Positions 25,157-28,193 of a stretch of 28,193 bases of DNA are shown piece after piece. This DNA is from an uncultured bacterium (GTDB taxonomy: Bacteria > JAJVIF01 > JAPKYR01). The translations under genes and the position numbers were made by a program. Position 1 is the stretch's first letter. Each line of letters opens with the position of its first letter. Below the pieces are notes generated by a model. It was not told where the DNA came from. It saw only the letters and a list, made by a program, of their open reading frames with translations, and did not search any database. The stretch covers positions 1-28,193 of the forward strand of contig CBDURU010000037.1 in NCBI GenBank assembly GCA_965369865.1. Direction: 5' to 3'.

Positions 25157-27988
25157 ATGCCTAACATTATCAAGATCATTCTTATTGCAACTTGTGTGGT
25201 ATTGGTTCTCACTGGATGTTCCGGAAGCGGCGGACCGTCCACACCCGCCACAGAATCCGATCCTTCCGAGTTTACAAATCCGATCTCGGATCGAAACGCG
25301 ACTGAGTCGGCAGATAACCATGTCTGCCTTCTCTACAACCTTATCTATATCGACGCGACCGACCCAGACTCGATCGAGTACGAGATCGTACCGTTACGTT
25401 TAGGCTCGATGCATCTGAATATATTGAAATTTCTCGAAGTCGGACCATGTACGGACTGCTTCAAAATCGTCGGGTTCAATTTCCCGGAGCCGGGCATTCT
25501 GGATGTCGATATTGAGATCACCCATCCATTCGGTGATTTGAAAGTTACGATTTTCGATGTCCGCGGAATCATGATGTTTGACGCGAGCCATGTTTTTCCC
25601 ATGTCAGGCCTGACGATGTCCGATTCATCCATTGGTGACGGCGAACTCCTCAACGCTCAGGGCTTCACGCGGTTATATAACGGCTCGACTCTCGGCATGG
25701 CGGGTGATTTCTTCTCTTACTATGAGGGCAAATTTGCGACACCAACCGTCCCGGATGCCGATCTGAACGGCTTTATTCGTCACATTACAGATCATCCCTC
25801 GAACACCCGTAACGCTTTGTATCCGGCTGACTCTGTTACCCAAACTTACAGTCTTGCGTTACCGGCTGGAGAATTCGTACTTGGCTATGCTGTGGACGCA
25901 TCCTGGGACATGCCAGACGCAGACCCGGTTTTCGATCCCATGACCGATTTTCCGATGACAGCGAATTGCCCCGAGCCATGGAAGGTTGAGGTTATAGGAA
26001 AACCGGTTGGGCAGGGCCTTACGGACGAGGGAGGCCAGACGAAACTAGTGATCGATGTTTACGACTGGCAGGGAAGTACTACTTACACTGAGCTGGTTGT
26101 TGAGTGTTCAGAACTGTTTGATGGAACACAAAATGCTGCCTGGGTGGAAGACTTTGTTCACTACTCAAGATTCGATGTAACTATTTCGAACGCGAATCTC
26201 GCTACTGTTGGTGAATACAGGTGCCTGATCCAGATCGAGGCTGACGAAAATGACCCCGTCGGCAAACCCTGGCTGGATTTGACGGCCTATTACGCGCATA
26301 AGCTTAGTGTTATTGAATATGTTACGGTTGACCCGGTCGCGGTCGCTGAAGCTGATCCAAACCCGCAGGCGGTTAATCTGCCGGTAAGCTTTTCAGGCTC
26401 CGATTCATACGACCCGGACGGAGGCTCCATTCAACTATACGAATGGGACTGGGACAATGACGGAACATTTGATGAGACCGGCGAGAATGTGGATCACACC
26501 TGGTATTCACCCGGAACATTCTACGTCCAGCTTCGTGTGACCGATGACGAGAGCGAGGTTGACACGCTGGATGAGCCGCTACCTTTGTTAATTACATCAT
26601 CGGGAAACCTCATATGGGCAAAATGCGCAGGTGGAACCGGTTCGAACCAGGGTCGTGGAATTACAACTCTTTCGGATAACTCAACTATCGTGACCGGTAA
26701 TTTTACGGGTACAACCATATTCGGGGAGGGTGAGTCGGCCGAAACTGCCCTGGTTTCGGATGGGTTTGCGGATATCTTCATAGCCCATTACAATCCTGAT
26801 GGAACAATTGCATGGGCAAAACTCGCAGGTGGGACTGAAAGGTGTGCGGGTTGGGGAATAACGGCACTTTCGGATAACTCAACTGTTGTGACTGGGTGTT
26901 TTGAAGGGACAGCCACATTCGGTAAGGGTGAATCGGCTGAAACTGCCCTGGTCTCGGATGGGGAAGAAGATATCTTCATAGCCCATTACAATCCTGATGG
27001 AACAATTGCATGGGCAAAACGCGCAGGGGGGATTCAAGATGATGTGGGTTATGGAATAACAGCGCTTTCGGATAACTCAATTGTTGTGACTGGGTGTTTT
27101 GAAGGAACAGCCACATTCGGTAAGGGTGAAATCAACGAGAATGTCCTGGTGTCGGATGGGGAGAGCGATACCTTCATAGTCCATTTTAATTGGGATGGGA
27201 CAGTTGCATGGGCAAAACGCGCAGGTGGGACTAATAGTTGTGTGGGTTGGGGAATTACCGCACTTTCGGATGACTCAACTGTTGTGACTGGGTATTTTTA
27301 TGGAACAGCCACATTCGGTAAGGGTGAAATCAACGAGACTGTCCTGGTATCGGATGGGGAGAGCGATATCTTCATAGTCCATTTTAATTGGGATGGGACA
27401 GTTGCATGGGCAAAACGCGCAGGTGGAACGAATTATGACTTTGGTTACGGAATAACCACGCTTTCGGATAACTCATTTGTTGTAACTGGGGTTTTTAGGG
27501 GATCAGCCACATTTGGTCAGGGTGAATCGGCCGAGACTACCCTGGTCTCGGATGGGAGTAGTGATATCTTCGTGGTCCGGTTCAATTCTGATGGAACAGT
27601 TACATGGGGAAAACGCGCAGGAAGCAGTAGTTTTGACCGTGGTTATGGAATAACAACGCTCTCGGGTGACTCAACTGTTGTAACTGGGTACTTTACTGAA
27701 ACTGCCACATTCGGGGAGGGTGAAATCAACGAGTCAGTCCTGGTCTCAGATGGGAATGATGATATCTTCGTAGCCCGTTACAATACTGATGGAACAATTG
27801 CATGGGCGAAACGCGCAGGTGGAACTTCCGGGGATGATGGTTGGAGAATAACCACCCTCTCAGATAACTCAACGGTTGCGTTTGGAGATTTGGGGGATAC
27901 AGCCACATTCGGGGAGGGTGAATCGAACGAGACTGTCCTCACTTCCACGGGCCCGGGTAATATCTTCATTGCGCGGTTTATGCCGTAG
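25157..27988 (+). CDS. Large lipoprotein: shared N-terminal domain + PKD domain + seven 66-aa beta-propeller repeats
   Basis: GGAGGT RBS; lipobox LTGC; PKD FSGSDSYDPDG..YEWDWDNDG..LRVTD; WAK.AGG repeats every 198 bp from 26615. Confidence 0.9.
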   Translation: MPNIIKIILIATCVVLVLTGCSGSGGPSTPATESDPSEFTNPISDRNATESADNHVCLLYNLIYIDATDPDSIEYEIVPLRLGSMHLNILKFLEVGPCTDCFKIVGFNFPEPGILDVDIEITHPFGDLKVTIFDVRGIMMFDASHVFPMSGLTMSDSSIGDGELLNAQGFTRLYNGSTLGMAGDFFSYYEGKFATPTVPDADLNGFIRHITDHPSNTRNALYPADSVTQTYSLALPAGEFVLGYAVDASWDMPDADPVFDPMTDFPMTANCPEPWKVEVIGKPVGQGLTDEGGQTKLVIDVYDWQGSTTYTELVVECSELFDGTQNAAWVEDFVHYSRFDVTISNANLATVGEYRCLIQIEADENDPVGKPWLDLTAYYAHKLSVIEYVTVDPVAVAEADPNPQAVNLPVSFSGSDSYDPDGGSIQLYEWDWDNDGTFDETGENVDHTWYSPGTFYVQLRVTDDESEVDTLDEPLPLLITSSGNLIWAKCAGGTGSNQGRGITTLSDNSTIVTGNFTGTTIFGEGESAETALVSDGFADIFIAHYNPDGTIAWAKLAGGTERCAGWGITALSDNSTVVTGCFEGTATFGKGESAETALVSDGEEDIFIAHYNPDGTIAWAKRAGGIQDDVGYGITALSDNSIVVTGCFEGTATFGKGEINENVLVSDGESDTFIVHFNWDGTVAWAKRAGGTNSCVGWGITALSDDSTVVTGYFYGTATFGKGEINETVLVSDGESDIFIVHFNWDGTVAWAKRAGGTNYDFGYGITTLSDNSFVVTGVFRGSATFGQGESAETTLVSDGSSDIFVVRFNSDGTVTWGKRAGSSSFDRGYGITTLSGDSTVVTGYFTETATFGEGEINESVLVSDGNDDIFVARYNTDGTIAWAKRAGGTSGDDGWRITTLSDNSTVAFGDLGDTATFGEGESNETVLTSTGPGNIFIARFMP

Positions 27989-27995
27989 CAAAAAA

Positions 27996-28193
27996 CTGTT
28001 TCATATCGCAGCTAAAACCTGATTTCATATCGTAGCTAAAATCCGGTGCCGCCTCCACAATCGCGAAATCCGGTGGCCCCTCCACAATCCATCTTGGATT
28101 TTGGAGGGTTTCAACTTATGGTGACTATTTTATTACAGTCCGGTGGCCCCTCCACAATCGCGAAATCCGGTGGCCCCTCCACAATCCATCTTG
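27996..28193. repeat. Nested intergenic repeats with a hairpin, truncated at the window edge
   Basis: TTTCATATCG(C/T)AGCTAAAA x2 (27999, 28023); TCCGGTGGCCCCTCCACAATC-type x4; block 28042-28096 recurs at 28139-28193; hairpin CCCTCCA-c-AATCCA-tct-TGGATT-t-TGGAGGG at 28078-28108. Confidence 0.88.

Noticed and set aside
24969..25403. 144-aa ORF overlapping the lipoprotein start
   Set aside because: It runs through the inverted-repeat element and overlaps a well-supported gene out of frame.
26615..27988. Diversity-generating retroelement target
   Set aside because: No reverse transcriptase or template repeat in the window, and no template to test adenine-specific changes against; cannot be excluded genome-wide.

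Overview
Bacterial chromosomal window with no rRNA, tRNA, integrase, transposase or cas gene. Housekeeping and signalling genes are uvrB, trmO/tsaA, a CinA N-terminal-type (COG1058-like) protein, a tricorn-type S41 protease, an amidohydrolase, a GAF/HD-GYP phosphodiesterase and two STAS anti-anti-sigma factors. They are interleaved with many exported proteins. Three large lipoproteins share an unnamed ~330-aa N-terminal domain but carry different C-terminal modules, one being a 7-blade propeller with patterned hypervariable loops. A small lipoprotein carries a thioester-domain (TED)-like motif set. A truncated DUF3800-like gene missed by the ORF track runs off the left edge. Intergenic DNA is rich in palindromic REP-like elements and tandem arrays (64-bp x4.4, 29-bp x3, duplicated ~76-bp element, 97-bp period at the right edge). 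There is also a 150-bp duplication of the TPR gene 3' end and a ~200-nt promoter-to-terminator unit (GGA-rich sRNA or leaderless small ORF). All family calls are from motif recognition by eye; no database searches were run.
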